NCBI GenBank assembly: GCA_038867615.1
Contig: JAWBYA010000001.1
Span: 96,001-160,000 of the forward strand
DNA length: 64,000 bases
Direction of reading: 5' to 3'
DNA from: Sulfolobales archaeon
GTDB lineage: Archaea; Thermoproteota; Thermoprotei_A; Sulfolobales; AG1
Part shown: positions 52,712 through 63,078 of the stretch, piece after piece
Layout of the letters: each line of letters opens with the position of its first letter
How positions within the stretch are numbered: position 1 is the stretch's first letter
Notes under the pieces: model-generated
What the model was told of the DNA's origin: nothing
Database searches by the model: none
What the model saw: only the letters and a program-made list of their open reading frames with translations
Program-made: the position numbers and the translations under genes

Positions 52712-54115
52712 CTAGCCTGCTTTGATCTCTTTAGATATGCTTGCCACTTCCTCCTCAAAGATCTCTAACCCGGCCTCTAGATGTTTCTTGCTTATCACAA
52801 GAGGTGCCATGAATCTCATCACATTGCCATAATGGCCGCATGTGTGCATTAGCAATCCTCTCTGGAATAGCCTTTTCCTGAGATCTTGTGCGATCTTCTC
52901 GCCAGGCTCTTTTGTCCTCTTACTCTTGACAAGCTCGACACCTATCATGAACCCTATCCCTCTAACATCGCCTACGATTTCGTATCTCTCCATCATCTCT
53001 CTAAATCTATTTATAGTATGGTCTCCAAGGTTGCTTGCCCTCTCAAGCAGGTTTCTCGACCTTATATAGTCTATAACAGCGCTTCCCGCAGCAAGACCAA
53101 GCGGGTTCGCCCTATAGGTTCCTAGGTGGAACATCTCTTCAAGCTTTTCATCGAGATCCTCTCTATAGGCTACAAAGGATATCGGTATCCCCCCACCGAT
53201 GGCTTTAGAGATTGTCATTATATCTGGGGTTATCCCGAAATGCTCTACAGCCCACCATCTGCCTGTTCTCCCAACGCCCGACTGGATCTCGTCTGCTATG
53301 AGCAGAACCCCGTGTTTATCAGCGATCTCTCTCAATCCCTTCAGGAAATCCCTAGGTGGTACTATATAGCCGCCCTCACCCTCTATAGGTTCGAAAACTA
53401 TTGCACCTACATCGCCAACACCGCTGTAGGGGTCGCTTAGGAGATGCTCTATATAGCTCAGAACCATGTAGCCACACTCCTCAGGATCTTTAGCAGGCAT
53501 GGGACACCTATATGGATATGGGTAGGGGATCCTGACCACATTGACCAGAGGCATGCTTGAGAGCCTCTGGAGGCCTCTCTTAGCCGTCGCCATAACCGCC
53601 CCCTGGTGAACCCCGTGGTATGCCCCCTCGAAAGCCATGATCACTGGCTTCTTAGAAGCCCACCTAGCTATAGCTATAGCTGCCTCCACAGCGCTAGCTC
53701 CAGTAACTGAGGTGATCACCCTAGCCTTGCCCCTAAGACCTGGGGGTAGTATTGAGTGTAGGTTCTTGAGAAACCTAATCCTAGCCTCGCTGGGGATCTC
53801 ACTAATCCAGTGGACATATCTATCTATCTGCTCCTTAATAGCGCTGACGACATGGGGATTGTTATGACCAACATTGAGTACCGCTATACCAGCTACCCAA
53901 TCAACATAGTAGTTACCATCAACATCCCTTATAGTGGCGCCCCTTGCAGAGTCTATCGCGAACTCGAAAACCTTGGGATATATAAGCGTCCTAGTCTCAA
54001 GAGATCTTTGCTCCCTCAAGATCTCAAGGGATTTAGGGCCTGGAGGTCTCACAATAATTTTCGGTGCTTCCGAGTAACTCAGCGAATCAAACTCCTCCTC
54101 CAAGCGGAACACCAT
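52712..54115 (-). CDS. Class III PLP aminotransferase (4-aminobutyrate/ornithine type)
   Basis: GAYHG, EPIEGEGG, ADEIQSGVGRTG and SKAIGGG motifs. Confidence 0.92.
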   Translation of the reverse strand: MVFRLEEEFDSLSYSEAPKIIVRPPGPKSLEILREQRSLETRTLIYPKVFEFAIDSARGATIRDVDGNYYVDWVAGIAVLNVGHNNPHVVSAIKEQIDRYVHWISEIPSEARIRFLKNLHSILPPGLRGKARVITSVTGASAVEAAIAIARWASKKPVIMAFEGAYHGVHQGAVMATAKRGLQRLSSMPLVNVVRIPYPYPYRCPMPAKDPEECGYMVLSYIEHLLSDPYSGVGDVGAIVFEPIEGEGGYIVPPRDFLKGLREIADKHGVLLIADEIQSGVGRTGRWWAVEHFGITPDIMTISKAIGGGIPISFVAYREDLDEKLEEMFHLGTYRANPLGLAAGSAVIDYIRSRNLLERASNLGDHTINRFREMMERYEIVGDVRGIGFMIGVELVKSKRTKEPGEKIAQDLRKRLFQRGLLMHTCGHYGNVMRFMAPLVISKKHLEAGLEIFEEEVASISKEIKAG

Positions 54116-54553
54116 GTAAAATACTGTTTAGAATAATATATCTTGGAGGTTCTGTTCGAGAACCTGGAGAACAACATACTAGACCACGGGATGTAATTAA
54201 GCTAATGCGCCTCTATGGTAGATGATCAAACAATATATTATCTATTTTCTTCTTTTTCTTATTCTTTTTCTTTTCCATCTCTTATTGATGCTGGTATGTG
54301 TAGCTTCCAAGCCTCGAATCTATCCTGTTTTCTATTATTGTGAATCTCCTTCCGAGTCAATATATCATATACCCAAGAGTAGCTAGAATCGGTATCAAAG
54401 CACCAAGAATACTTATTAATAGCATGGTCTCTTTGGGCATAGTCTCATTATTAGGGTTGATGAGTCTCTTATATATAATGACTATGTAGTCCCTCGTGCT
54501 CTACATCTTTTCAAATGGGTTTATCGAGATCGATACATAGGAGAGATCTGATC

Positions 54554-55558
54554 TTAAACAAATTTTATTCTCAATTCCGGTTTTGAATCGCTTATCCCCA
54601 GGATCTTTTTCACTTCTTCCGCCATGCTTCTAGCCAGTGGTGGTGGTACTGCCTCTCCCACCTGGTTGAACTGGTCGTCTTTTCCCCCCATGAATACGTG
54701 ATCGTCTGGGAAGCCCATGAGTCTTGCCTGCTCCCTTACTGTAAGGATCCTATCTTCGTATGGGTGTATAAACCTTGATGACCCCATAACTGTTGGTGCT
54801 ATGTCGTTTGGATCTAATCTTATGTAGTTTGGAAGCATTCTACCGCCTGCTCCTTCGTAGAGGTATAGCGATCTCCCCTTACGGATCTTTGAGATCTTCC
54901 TCATCTTCCTAGCAGAGATGCTTATATATTCATGGTTGGGGATACTACCATCTCCAGGAGGCGGTAGGTCTGCTAGAGCCTCTTCCACAGTGATCCTCTT
55001 ATCACTCTTAGGCGGGTCTATCTTTATATTGGATATGAAGACCCTTGTCCTTTTACTAGGCGTCCCATGCTCCTCGGCTTTGAGCACGTTGAAATAGATC
55101 TCTGGATAGCCAGATCTTCTGAAAAGATCCTCTATAGCTTCTTTTATGGGGCTATGCATTATTGCTGGGACATTCTCCATTATAAACACCTCTGGCTCTA
55201 GCTCGGATACGATTCTTATGAAGTGGAGTACAAGCTTACCCATGGGGTCTTTGTATAGCCTGTCAAGGGGTTCTTTCATCCTCTCCGGGTTAGCCCCTGT
55301 GAATGGCTCGCACGGAGGGCCTCCTATGATTATCCTCGGCCTCGCACCAAGTATAGATATTATATCACCGGGATCTATCTCCTGGATATCTTCTTGGAGA
55401 GCAACAGCTCCTGGGAAGTTAGCCTTGAAGGATCTTATAGCGTTCCTATCGCTATCAATACCCATGATTATCTCAAAACCAGCATCTGCGAAACCCCTTG
55501 AAAAACCCCCGGCTCCTGAGAATAGGTCAAGAACCCCTGTTATAAAGCCTCTTCTCAT
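54554..55558 (-). CDS. DNA (cytosine-5) methyltransferase, apparently orphan
   Basis: DLFSGAGG, GGPPC, MENV, R.RVF and QVGEAVPP motifs. Confidence 0.93.
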   Translation of the reverse strand: MRRGFITGVLDLFSGAGGFSRGFADAGFEIIMGIDSDRNAIRSFKANFPGAVALQEDIQEIDPGDIISILGARPRIIIGGPPCEPFTGANPERMKEPLDRLYKDPMGKLVLHFIRIVSELEPEVFIMENVPAIMHSPIKEAIEDLFRRSGYPEIYFNVLKAEEHGTPSKRTRVFISNIKIDPPKSDKRITVEEALADLPPPGDGSIPNHEYISISARKMRKISKIRKGRSLYLYEGAGGRMLPNYIRLDPNDIAPTVMGSSRFIHPYEDRILTVREQARLMGFPDDHVFMGGKDDQFNQVGEAVPPPLARSMAEEVKKILGISDSKPELRIKFV

Positions 55559-56084
55559 CGGCCTCAACACTCCTTCTAAGCCTCTCCACAAGCTCTTTCA
55601 AGCTCTTCACGGTCATAGCGTTATTAACTGGCTCTAGCTGTGCACCGCATCTGGGGCATTTAAAGTCATTAATCATTGCATCATCGAATGAGAATCGTTC
55701 TTTCTCACTGCTGCAGGAGCTGCATTGGAAGATATATGTCTCCTCATACTTCAACCTCTCCGCGAGCTTGTTAAGAACAGTCTTCTTTCTCGAGATAAGG
55801 ATCTGGGGTAGATATTCTGTGTTAGCCCTCCAGAAGTATATGTAATAACCAGTCTCCCTATCCCTAACCCTCCTCGAGGTCACGAACCCGTGTTCCGAGA
55901 GTTTGTAGAGTATTCTCCTCACCTCGCTAACATGTAATCCAGCGTATATTGCAAGGTCCTCGTCCTGAACCTCTCTACCTATTTTTAAAAGCGTTTCGAA
56001 AACGAGCTTCGAGGTCTCGCCAAAAGTGCTCTTTATTATGCTCATTATGGCCTCCATGCTAGCGCTTCTAGGCTTCTCCCCCAT
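55527..56084 (-). CDS. tfe: Transcription factor E, alpha subunit
   Basis: Winged helix EVRRILYKL, RDRETGYYIYFW and Zn ribbon CSSC...FKCPRCG. Confidence 0.93.
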   Translation of the reverse strand: MGEKPRSASMEAIMSIIKSTFGETSKLVFETLLKIGREVQDEDLAIYAGLHVSEVRRILYKLSEHGFVTSRRVRDRETGYYIYFWRANTEYLPQILISRKKTVLNKLAERLKYEETYIFQCSSCSSEKERFSFDDAMINDFKCPRCGAQLEPVNNAMTVKSLKELVERLRRSVEADEKRLYNRGS

Positions 56085-56213
56085 GTTTTTTCCAGACACC
56101 ACAAAATATGATCCCTAGGAGAATAATATAATTTAACACCAAATAGTTCTCAGGATCGTTATGACCGTATTAATATTTTATTATTAAGATAGAGATAGAT
56201 TGGAGATAAAACC

Positions 56214-57968
56214 ATGTCCTACAGCGAGATTGTCTCGATCGTGGAGGAGATAGTCAGGCTCCCGAGCTATATGGTTATCGGGGTCTCCAGTGGTAAGAAG
56301 CTTATATACGCATCCACACAGGAGGGGTCTATGGATCTATACTCACTCGATCTCGAGACGGGTGAGAGGATCAGGCTAACAAGTGGTGAGAGGATCCTCT
56401 CAGCAGCTGCAGATGAGGACTCGAGGCTATTTGTATATACCCGTGATGTTGCAGCAGGTAAGGAGCTAGCAACAGTTGTTTTCGCAAACCCAGAGACTGG
56501 GGAGAAGATCGAGGTAGAGGGCTTCAAACCAACAAGGATCCTCGGGCTAGCGCTGGATGGAGAGAGGGCGGCTTTTTCAGGGGTAGTCGAGGGCGGTACT
56601 GGCGTGTGGATCGCAAGGCCTGGTGAGAAGGCTGAGATGATCCAGAAGCTCTCCGGAGCCTCCTTCGTATCAAGCATAATGGGGGATCTTGTGGCTGGTG
56701 CTGGCTGGCTTGCCGGGGATGCTAGATCCTCAGAGATCTTCATACTAGATATACCTAGCGGTAAGCTCAACATATATACCCCCAAAAAGGGTTCGAGCAA
56801 CACAGGACCGGTGATCAGTAGGAGTGGGAGACTGCTTTTCGCATCAAACTACGCCGGATCCTACAGGCTATATACCTTAGATCCTAAGGGTATGGTGTTA
56901 GAGCCTTTGAGAACCTCCTACACAGATCATCTGAGGCATAGGGTAGCCGAATATATATACTACGACTGGCTTGATGACGAGAAGACATGGTTCTTGGGGA
57001 AGAGGGATGGTAGGGTTAGGCTTTATGTCGATGGGAGAGAGATCCCGCTACCCCCAGGCTATAGCGGTTCGGCCACATACTATAGAGCTGGTAAGAGGTT
57101 TATTCTCGCGAGATCTTCTCTTACATCGCCACCCAGAATAATTAGCGTCGGTCTTGAGGGCGGTTATAGTGATATAGCTGGTTCGAGACTCTCGCGGAAC
57201 GTTGCTAGAAGGCTTGGGAGGGTTTATTTCACCAGGATAAGGAGCTTCGACGGGTTGGAGATACCTACGTTCGTTATAGAGAGCCGAGTAGCTCCTAGAC
57301 CGGGACCCACAGTGATCTATGTCCACGGCGGTCCGTGGTGGGAGGTGCCAGATATGTGGAGTGGTACGATAGCATCTCTCGTGGCAAGTGGTTACCATGT
57401 TGTAGCGCCTAACTTCAGGGGTTCTACGGGCTATGGTGAGGAGTTCAGGAGACTCGATATAGGTGATCCTGGGGGAGGCGATCTAATGGATGTGGTTTAT
57501 GCAGCTAGATGGGCTAGGGAGAGGGGGCTTGCGAGTAAGGTAGCAATCTATGGCTATAGCTATGGCGGTTTTATGGGTGTCTGGGCCTCTGTTAAAGAGC
57601 CCGATGTCTGGGACGCGGCTGTAGCAGGTGCTTCTGTTCCTGACTGGGAGGAGATGTACGAGCTTGGCGACTATGTATTTAAACAATTCGCTCTACTTCT
57701 CTTCGACGGTAAGAGGGATCTGTGGAAAGAAAGATCCGCTATAAACTATGCTGAAAGGCTAAAGGCACCACTATGCCTTATACATCCCCAGAACGATACC
57801 AGAACGCCTCTAAGGCCCGTGCTTAGATATGCTCAGAGGCTTCTCGAGCTTGGGAAGAGGTTCGAGCTACACGTGATCCCCGATATGGGGCATTATGTGA
57901 TAGATGTTAAGAGTGCGATGGAGATACTCCTACCAGGGATCATGTTCCTTAAGAAAAACCTTGGCTAG
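56214..57968 (+). CDS. Acylamino-acid-releasing enzyme (S9 peptidase)
   Basis: HGGP, GSTGYG, GYSYG nucleophile, NDTRTP and GH motifs. Confidence 0.93.
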   Translation: MSYSEIVSIVEEIVRLPSYMVIGVSSGKKLIYASTQEGSMDLYSLDLETGERIRLTSGERILSAAADEDSRLFVYTRDVAAGKELATVVFANPETGEKIEVEGFKPTRILGLALDGERAAFSGVVEGGTGVWIARPGEKAEMIQKLSGASFVSSIMGDLVAGAGWLAGDARSSEIFILDIPSGKLNIYTPKKGSSNTGPVISRSGRLLFASNYAGSYRLYTLDPKGMVLEPLRTSYTDHLRHRVAEYIYYDWLDDEKTWFLGKRDGRVRLYVDGREIPLPPGYSGSATYYRAGKRFILARSSLTSPPRIISVGLEGGYSDIAGSRLSRNVARRLGRVYFTRIRSFDGLEIPTFVIESRVAPRPGPTVIYVHGGPWWEVPDMWSGTIASLVASGYHVVAPNFRGSTGYGEEFRRLDIGDPGGGDLMDVVYAARWARERGLASKVAIYGYSYGGFMGVWASVKEPDVWDAAVAGASVPDWEEMYELGDYVFKQFALLLFDGKRDLWKERSAINYAERLKAPLCLIHPQNDTRTPLRPVLRYAQRLLELGKRFELHVIPDMGHYVIDVKSAMEILLPGIMFLKKNLG

Positions 57969-57990
57969 TATTGCTAGTTCTTCAGGTTTG

Positions 57991-58518
57991 CTAGTGTTTT
58001 ATGAGGTATAGTATATGGGGGATCTCTGGCAATATTATCTCAAGCCCTGTTTTTACAGCATCAGGAGACCCTGGGAGCACTATTAATAACTTACCTCTAG
58101 ACACGCCAGCTAAAGCCCGTGTGAGCATCGCTGCAGATCCTATTCTCTGGAAGCTCACAAACCTAAAGATCTCGCCGAAACCCTCTATCTCCTTCTCCAC
58201 CAAGGGCCTTATAGCCTCTATAGTCGAGTCCGTCCTCGAGATCCCTGTACCCCCTGTGGTTATGATTACATCTATATCCTCCCTGCCTAGGAGCTCCTCT
58301 ATTGTTTTCCTAATCTCGATAGGGTCGTCCTTGAGCAGCTTTCTACCAACCAGACTATATCCATGGCTAGTCAGCATTGACACTATTATGTCCCCCGACT
58401 CGTCTCTATAGCCCTCACCCCTCACCATAGCCTCATACCTAGACGTGCTTATAGTAATCTCATAAACCCTAGCGCTTCTCGGTCCGAGCTCTCTATGGAT
58501 CTCGTGTGGGTGTTTCAA
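57991..58518 (-). CDS. moaB: MoaB/MogA molybdopterin adenylyltransferase
   Basis: TISTSR, TTGGTG..RTD, GFGE.FR and LPGSP motifs. Confidence 0.92.
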   Translation of the reverse strand: MKHPHEIHRELGPRSARVYEITISTSRYEAMVRGEGYRDESGDIIVSMLTSHGYSLVGRKLLKDDPIEIRKTIEELLGREDIDVIITTGGTGISRTDSTIEAIRPLVEKEIEGFGEIFRFVSFQRIGSAAMLTRALAGVSRGKLLIVLPGSPDAVKTGLEIILPEIPHILYLIKH

Positions 58519-58636
58519 ACTCCCACAATACCTTCATCTCATTAGTAGCTAATATCGCCTTATAGCTTGCAGGCTTGTCTAGGAGGGATCCATGGATTTA
58601 AATATACTTAGATGTATATTTGTTCTTGGTGCTATT

Positions 58637-59692
58637 ATGCCCCGCTATATGATTGCTGATATGCATCAAGATATCTCATACGCTATAAAAACAGGTGGTT
58701 TTGATCCGAGGGTTAATAGAGGTCTTGGTGTAACATTCGATCAGGATCTTGAGGGGAGACATGGTGATATACCTAAATACTCTAGAGGAGGGGTTAGACT
58801 GATCTTCGGAGCAATTTTTCCTGGAAACGCTGTTTGGAGCCCGGTGATCCTTGAGAGGCTTGAGAAGCTATATGGCTCTTGGCACGAATCCCTAGTCCCT
58901 GTGCTAGGATCTCTAGGGGATGTTATAGAACATATACATATATATAGGAATCTTGTTAAGAGATACCAAAATAAGCTCAGGCTTGTAGCAAGACCGGGAG
59001 ACCTGGCTAGGGTTGAGAGCGAGGGTATAGGGATCCTGATTAGTCTCGAGGGCTCGGATCCCGTGGGAAGGCCTGAGGATCTCGAGATCCTCCACATGCT
59101 CGGGGTTAGGAGCCTTACCATAACGTGGAACTATGATAACAGGTATGCCTCGTCATGCAGGTCGCAGAAGGATTACGGGTTGACGGAGAATGGCGAGGAT
59201 CTTGTGAGGATAGCTAACGAGCTCGGGATCATACTCGATATATCGCACGCCGGTAAGAAGACGGCTTTGGATGTGTTATCACTATCAAAACTCCCTGTTA
59301 TAGCTAGCCATTCTAACTATAATGCTGTTCACAAGAGTTTGAGAAACGCTGATGACGAGATCCTCGAGGGTATAAAGAGAAGCGGGGGTGTTATTGGATT
59401 CACCCTGATAACCTCAACCATAGGCGGTAAACCATCTATAGATGATCTCGCTAGACACGTGATAGAGGTTTGGAGACGCTATGGATCAGATATACTAGCA
59501 ATAGGGACGGATTATTTCGGTATAGAGAGAACACCTGAGGGGCTTGAAGACGCCTCTAAACTCCCCAAGCTTCTAGAGAGGCTCGCGGAGCTTGGTATGG
59601 GTGATAACGATCTGAGGAAGATGGCTTGGGAGAATGTTGCGAGGGTCATAAGGGCTCATGAGAATAGATGGGGAGATAGATTGCAGGTATAA
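58637..59692 (+). CDS. Membrane dipeptidase family (M19)
   Basis: DMHQD, SLEG, DISH, SHSN and IGTDY motifs. Confidence 0.9.
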   Translation: MPRYMIADMHQDISYAIKTGGFDPRVNRGLGVTFDQDLEGRHGDIPKYSRGGVRLIFGAIFPGNAVWSPVILERLEKLYGSWHESLVPVLGSLGDVIEHIHIYRNLVKRYQNKLRLVARPGDLARVESEGIGILISLEGSDPVGRPEDLEILHMLGVRSLTITWNYDNRYASSCRSQKDYGLTENGEDLVRIANELGIILDISHAGKKTALDVLSLSKLPVIASHSNYNAVHKSLRNADDEILEGIKRSGGVIGFTLITSTIGGKPSIDDLARHVIEVWRRYGSDILAIGTDYFGIERTPEGLEDASKLPKLLERLAELGMGDNDLRKMAWENVARVIRAHENRWGDRLQV

Positions 59693-60345
59693 TGATGATC
59701 AAGAAGGCTGATCCAGGCCTCGAAGGCTTTAGCATTACTAAAAAGAATCTCGAGAGGATTTTGGAGGAAATACCAGGCTTTAGAAAACCCAAGATCTTTC
59801 TTGAGCAATACCCCACACCCTCGTGGCTTGTAGCAGAGATCGTGTTCACAGCAGCTTTGAAAGGAGATCTTGGTAAAAGAGCCTCCGACCTTGGGTGTGG
59901 AACTGGAAGGATAGCAGCAGCTTTAGCTATAATGGGTGTTGATGAGGTGTTATGTATAGATATATCGTGTGAGGATCTCGTAGATGCTAAGAAGAATCTC
60001 TCAAGGCTAGGGATAGGCGATAGGGTTGAGGTCTTATGCTGGGATCTGTTTCAAGGATCTTTGAGAAGCTTTGGTCTAGCAGTCATGAACCCTCCTTTCG
60101 GTGTTCATAGAAGAGGATCCGATCTGGCCTTTCTGAGAGCAGCCATGAGGGCCTCTAATACTATATACTCGATACATAAATATAACGAGGAGTCCTTGAG
60201 ACTTATAAGAAAGATCTCATCTCAGGAGGGTTTTAACACCGAGGTTCTTGGTATACATAACATGGAGATACCAGCCGTGTTTGAGAGTCATAGGAGAAGG
60301 ATCTATAGATTCCCTGTAATGCTCCTCAGACTCTCCAAGGGGTAA
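59692..60345 (+). CDS. METTL5-like RNA methyltransferase
   Basis: LEQYPTP, DLGCGTG, MNPPFG and YSIHK motifs. Confidence 0.9.
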   Translation: MMIKKADPGLEGFSITKKNLERILEEIPGFRKPKIFLEQYPTPSWLVAEIVFTAALKGDLGKRASDLGCGTGRIAAALAIMGVDEVLCIDISCEDLVDAKKNLSRLGIGDRVEVLCWDLFQGSLRSFGLAVMNPPFGVHRRGSDLAFLRAAMRASNTIYSIHKYNEESLRLIRKISSQEGFNTEVLGIHNMEIPAVFESHRRRIYRFPVMLLRLSKG

Positions 60346-60414
60346 ATCACGACTCAGAAGATCTTACTCTAACCATGGTTAGAAACAGAATCATGGATCT
60401 TGGCGTGGCGCTAT

Positions 60415-60521
60415 AAAGTTTCTTTCATCAAGATCCGTATTATAGCCTTTACTCATTTGAAGCATTCGGATCCATAGCTCTCCATCGATTGCTGTGGGAA
60501 ACATATATCTTGGCTTATTTT
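60415..60521 (-). mobile_element. Family 1 element, copy G (internal fragment, strongly decayed)
   Basis: Minus strand GTTTCCCACAGCAAT...GAGCTATGGATC...ATGAAAGAAAC aligns with the family core. Confidence 0.55.
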
Positions 60522-60639
60522 GGATGATGCAGTTTACCAGGATCGGGTTTCTAGAGCTTTAGAAAATCCTAGGGATCATTACTGTTATAGAATCTTCTTT
60601 CTTTTATTCTGCTCAACAGGACTAACTATCGGTGATGTC

Positions 60640-61620
60640 TTGAGAGTCGGCTTCTATGGTTTTGGTGCTATAGGTAGGCTTGCTGTAAGGCTTGCTCTAA
60701 AGAGGGGCTATGAGGTTGTAGGAGTTGTTGATATCGATAAAAACATTCTTGGCAAAGACGTTGGCGATGTACTCGGTGTGGGGAGTATTGGTGTTAAGAT
60801 TACTAGCGACATATCATCCCTCATGGGTGCTGATGTGGCTATACATGCCACAGGATCCTATCTAGATAGGGTTTTTGACCAGATAGCGTCTATTGCCAGG
60901 CTTGGTGTGGATGTTGTATCAACGTGCGAAACCCTCTCCTACCCATATTATAGATACCCAGTGCTTGGTACGAGACTTGACGAGATTGCTAAGAGATATG
61001 GTGTAGCTATTATCGGTGCTGGAATCAACCCTGGCTTTCTCTTCGACACGCTAGTGGTAACGATCGCGGCCTCGCAACCTGCTGTTAAAAAGATAAGGGT
61101 TATTAGATCCCTTGATGCTGCTAAGAGGAGAGAGCCTTTTAGGAAGAAGGTCGGTGTTGGGGAGGATCCTGTGGTTTTCGGAGAGAAGCTCGCTAGGGGC
61201 GAGGTCACGGGGCATGTTGGTTATGCAGAATCTATATACCTAGTAGCACTGGCGGGAGATCTGAATCTCACCAGGGTTGTTGAGGCTCAGAAACCAGTCA
61301 TAGCAGAGGATTCTGTGGAGTCCCACGGTGTTAGGGTTGAGAAGGGGAGGAATAGGGGTGTGATTGGATATGGATCAGGCTATGTTGGTGATGAGGAGAT
61401 CATAAGGGTTGAGTTCCACGCATATGTAGGTGCTCCTGAGTATGAGGAGATCTCTATCGAGGGGGAGGATACGGGTATTGTTTGGAGGAGTAGTGGGACA
61501 CACGGGGATCTGGGGACCGTGTCTGTGGTTTTAAACGTTGCGGAGAGGATCCATACTTTACCTCCTGGGCTTAACCTTATAACAGAGCTCCTCCCATTCA
61601 AGATCAGGTTCCAGAGGTAA
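60640..61620 (+). CDS. DapB-like NAD(P)-dependent amine/diaminopentanoate dehydrogenase family protein
   Basis: GFGAIG Rossmann motif, VVSTCE, GINPGFLFD. Confidence 0.8.
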   Translation: MRVGFYGFGAIGRLAVRLALKRGYEVVGVVDIDKNILGKDVGDVLGVGSIGVKITSDISSLMGADVAIHATGSYLDRVFDQIASIARLGVDVVSTCETLSYPYYRYPVLGTRLDEIAKRYGVAIIGAGINPGFLFDTLVVTIAASQPAVKKIRVIRSLDAAKRREPFRKKVGVGEDPVVFGEKLARGEVTGHVGYAESIYLVALAGDLNLTRVVEAQKPVIAEDSVESHGVRVEKGRNRGVIGYGSGYVGDEEIIRVEFHAYVGAPEYEEISIEGEDTGIVWRSSGTHGDLGTVSVVLNVAERIHTLPPGLNLITELLPFKIRFQR

Positions 61621-61625
61621 TTGCT

Positions 61626-63002
61626 ATGAGCACCCCTGTGGATGAGGAGGCTCTTAAGAGGATCTCTGCAGGGCTTGAGAAGATATATGTAGAGAGGACT
61701 AGGAGGAGTAGAGAGCTCTTCGAAAGGGCATACAGGATCCTCCCAGGGGGTGTTACATATACTGTTAGGTTTATGAAGCCCTACCCACCCTATATAGAGA
61801 GGGCTGATGGAACCAGGGTATGGGATATAGATGGTAACGAGTATATCGATTTCTGGATGGGTCATGGAACCCATATCCTCGGACATAGACCCAGACTAGT
61901 TATAGACGCTGTTCTAGAGGCTATGGGGAAGGCTACTCATATAGGGTTTGAGAACCCATATGCTGTAGAATATGCCGAGCTCCTCTCTAGAGTGGTTCCA
62001 GGGCTTGAGATGGTTAGGTTCGCTAACAGCGGGACAGAGGCTAATATGTATGTATTAAGACTTGCTAGAGCATATACCAAGAGGAAATATGTGATCAAGA
62101 TCGAAGGTGGATGGCACGGCGGGTTCGACCCGCTCCATGTAGCAGTAACACCTCCCTTCACAGGCCCTGAATCAGCCGGGCTCCTAGAAGAGATCACTAG
62201 ACAGACTATAGCTGTTCCCTTCAACGATCTCGACGCTGTGGAGCAGGCTTTGAAGAAGCACGAGGTAGCGGCCATAATAGTTGAGCCTGTCCTCGGTGCT
62301 GGTGGGTGTATAGAGCCTCTTGAGGGTTATCTGAAGGGTTTGAGGGATCTCTCGCATAGATACGAATCTCTATTGATCTTCGATGAGGTTATAACAGGAT
62401 TCAGACTAGCCCCGGGAGGCGCTCAAGAGTATTTCGGGGTAAGGGCAGATCTCGTGGTGCTTGGAAAAATAGTTGGTGGAGGCTTTGCTGGGGCAGGCGC
62501 TTTTGGCGGCAGGGCTGAGATCATGGAGCTCCTAGATCATATAAAATACAAAGATCCGAGATCCAGATCCTTCCATGGCGGGACATTCGTCGGCAACCCA
62601 ATAAACATGGCCGCTGGCCGTGCTATGGTTAGGCATCTCTCGCAAAACAGATCTCTATATGAGAGGGCTAACAACATGTGGAGTAGTTTTAGAAGAAAGG
62701 TGGATAGAGTGTGCGAGGAGCATGGCAATATATGCTGGACAACAGGTGCGGGAACAATGGTCGGGATCCACTTCACAAGGGCAAGGCCGAGAAATAGTAG
62801 GGATGTTTATGAGCTTAGATGGAGCAAGACGGGGGAGATGGAGTACCTGTTCCACCTATACTCAAGGATCAATGGTATCCTATACGTTGGTGAAAAGCTA
62901 GCCCACCTGCTACCCTCGCTCATCCATAGCGAGGAAGAGATCGGGAAGCTCTCATCACTATTAGAAGAGCTTCTAGCTAGAGTTGCTAGAGGATCTGGCT
63001 AG
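61626..63002 (+). CDS. Class III aminotransferase, glutamate-1-semialdehyde aminomutase-like
   Basis: LPGGV, RFANSGTEA, FDEVITGFR, GKIVGGG and HGGTF.GNP motifs. Confidence 0.88.
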   Translation: MSTPVDEEALKRISAGLEKIYVERTRRSRELFERAYRILPGGVTYTVRFMKPYPPYIERADGTRVWDIDGNEYIDFWMGHGTHILGHRPRLVIDAVLEAMGKATHIGFENPYAVEYAELLSRVVPGLEMVRFANSGTEANMYVLRLARAYTKRKYVIKIEGGWHGGFDPLHVAVTPPFTGPESAGLLEEITRQTIAVPFNDLDAVEQALKKHEVAAIIVEPVLGAGGCIEPLEGYLKGLRDLSHRYESLLIFDEVITGFRLAPGGAQEYFGVRADLVVLGKIVGGGFAGAGAFGGRAEIMELLDHIKYKDPRSRSFHGGTFVGNPINMAAGRAMVRHLSQNRSLYERANNMWSSFRRKVDRVCEEHGNICWTTGAGTMVGIHFTRARPRNSRDVYELRWSKTGEMEYLFHLYSRINGILYVGEKLAHLLPSLIHSEEEIGKLSSLLEELLARVARGSG

Positions 63003-63078
63003 AAGGCTATACGATAACAAAGCAGTGATTACTTGTTTCTACAGATTCGGTGAAAACCGCTGTCTATGATTCTTATTG

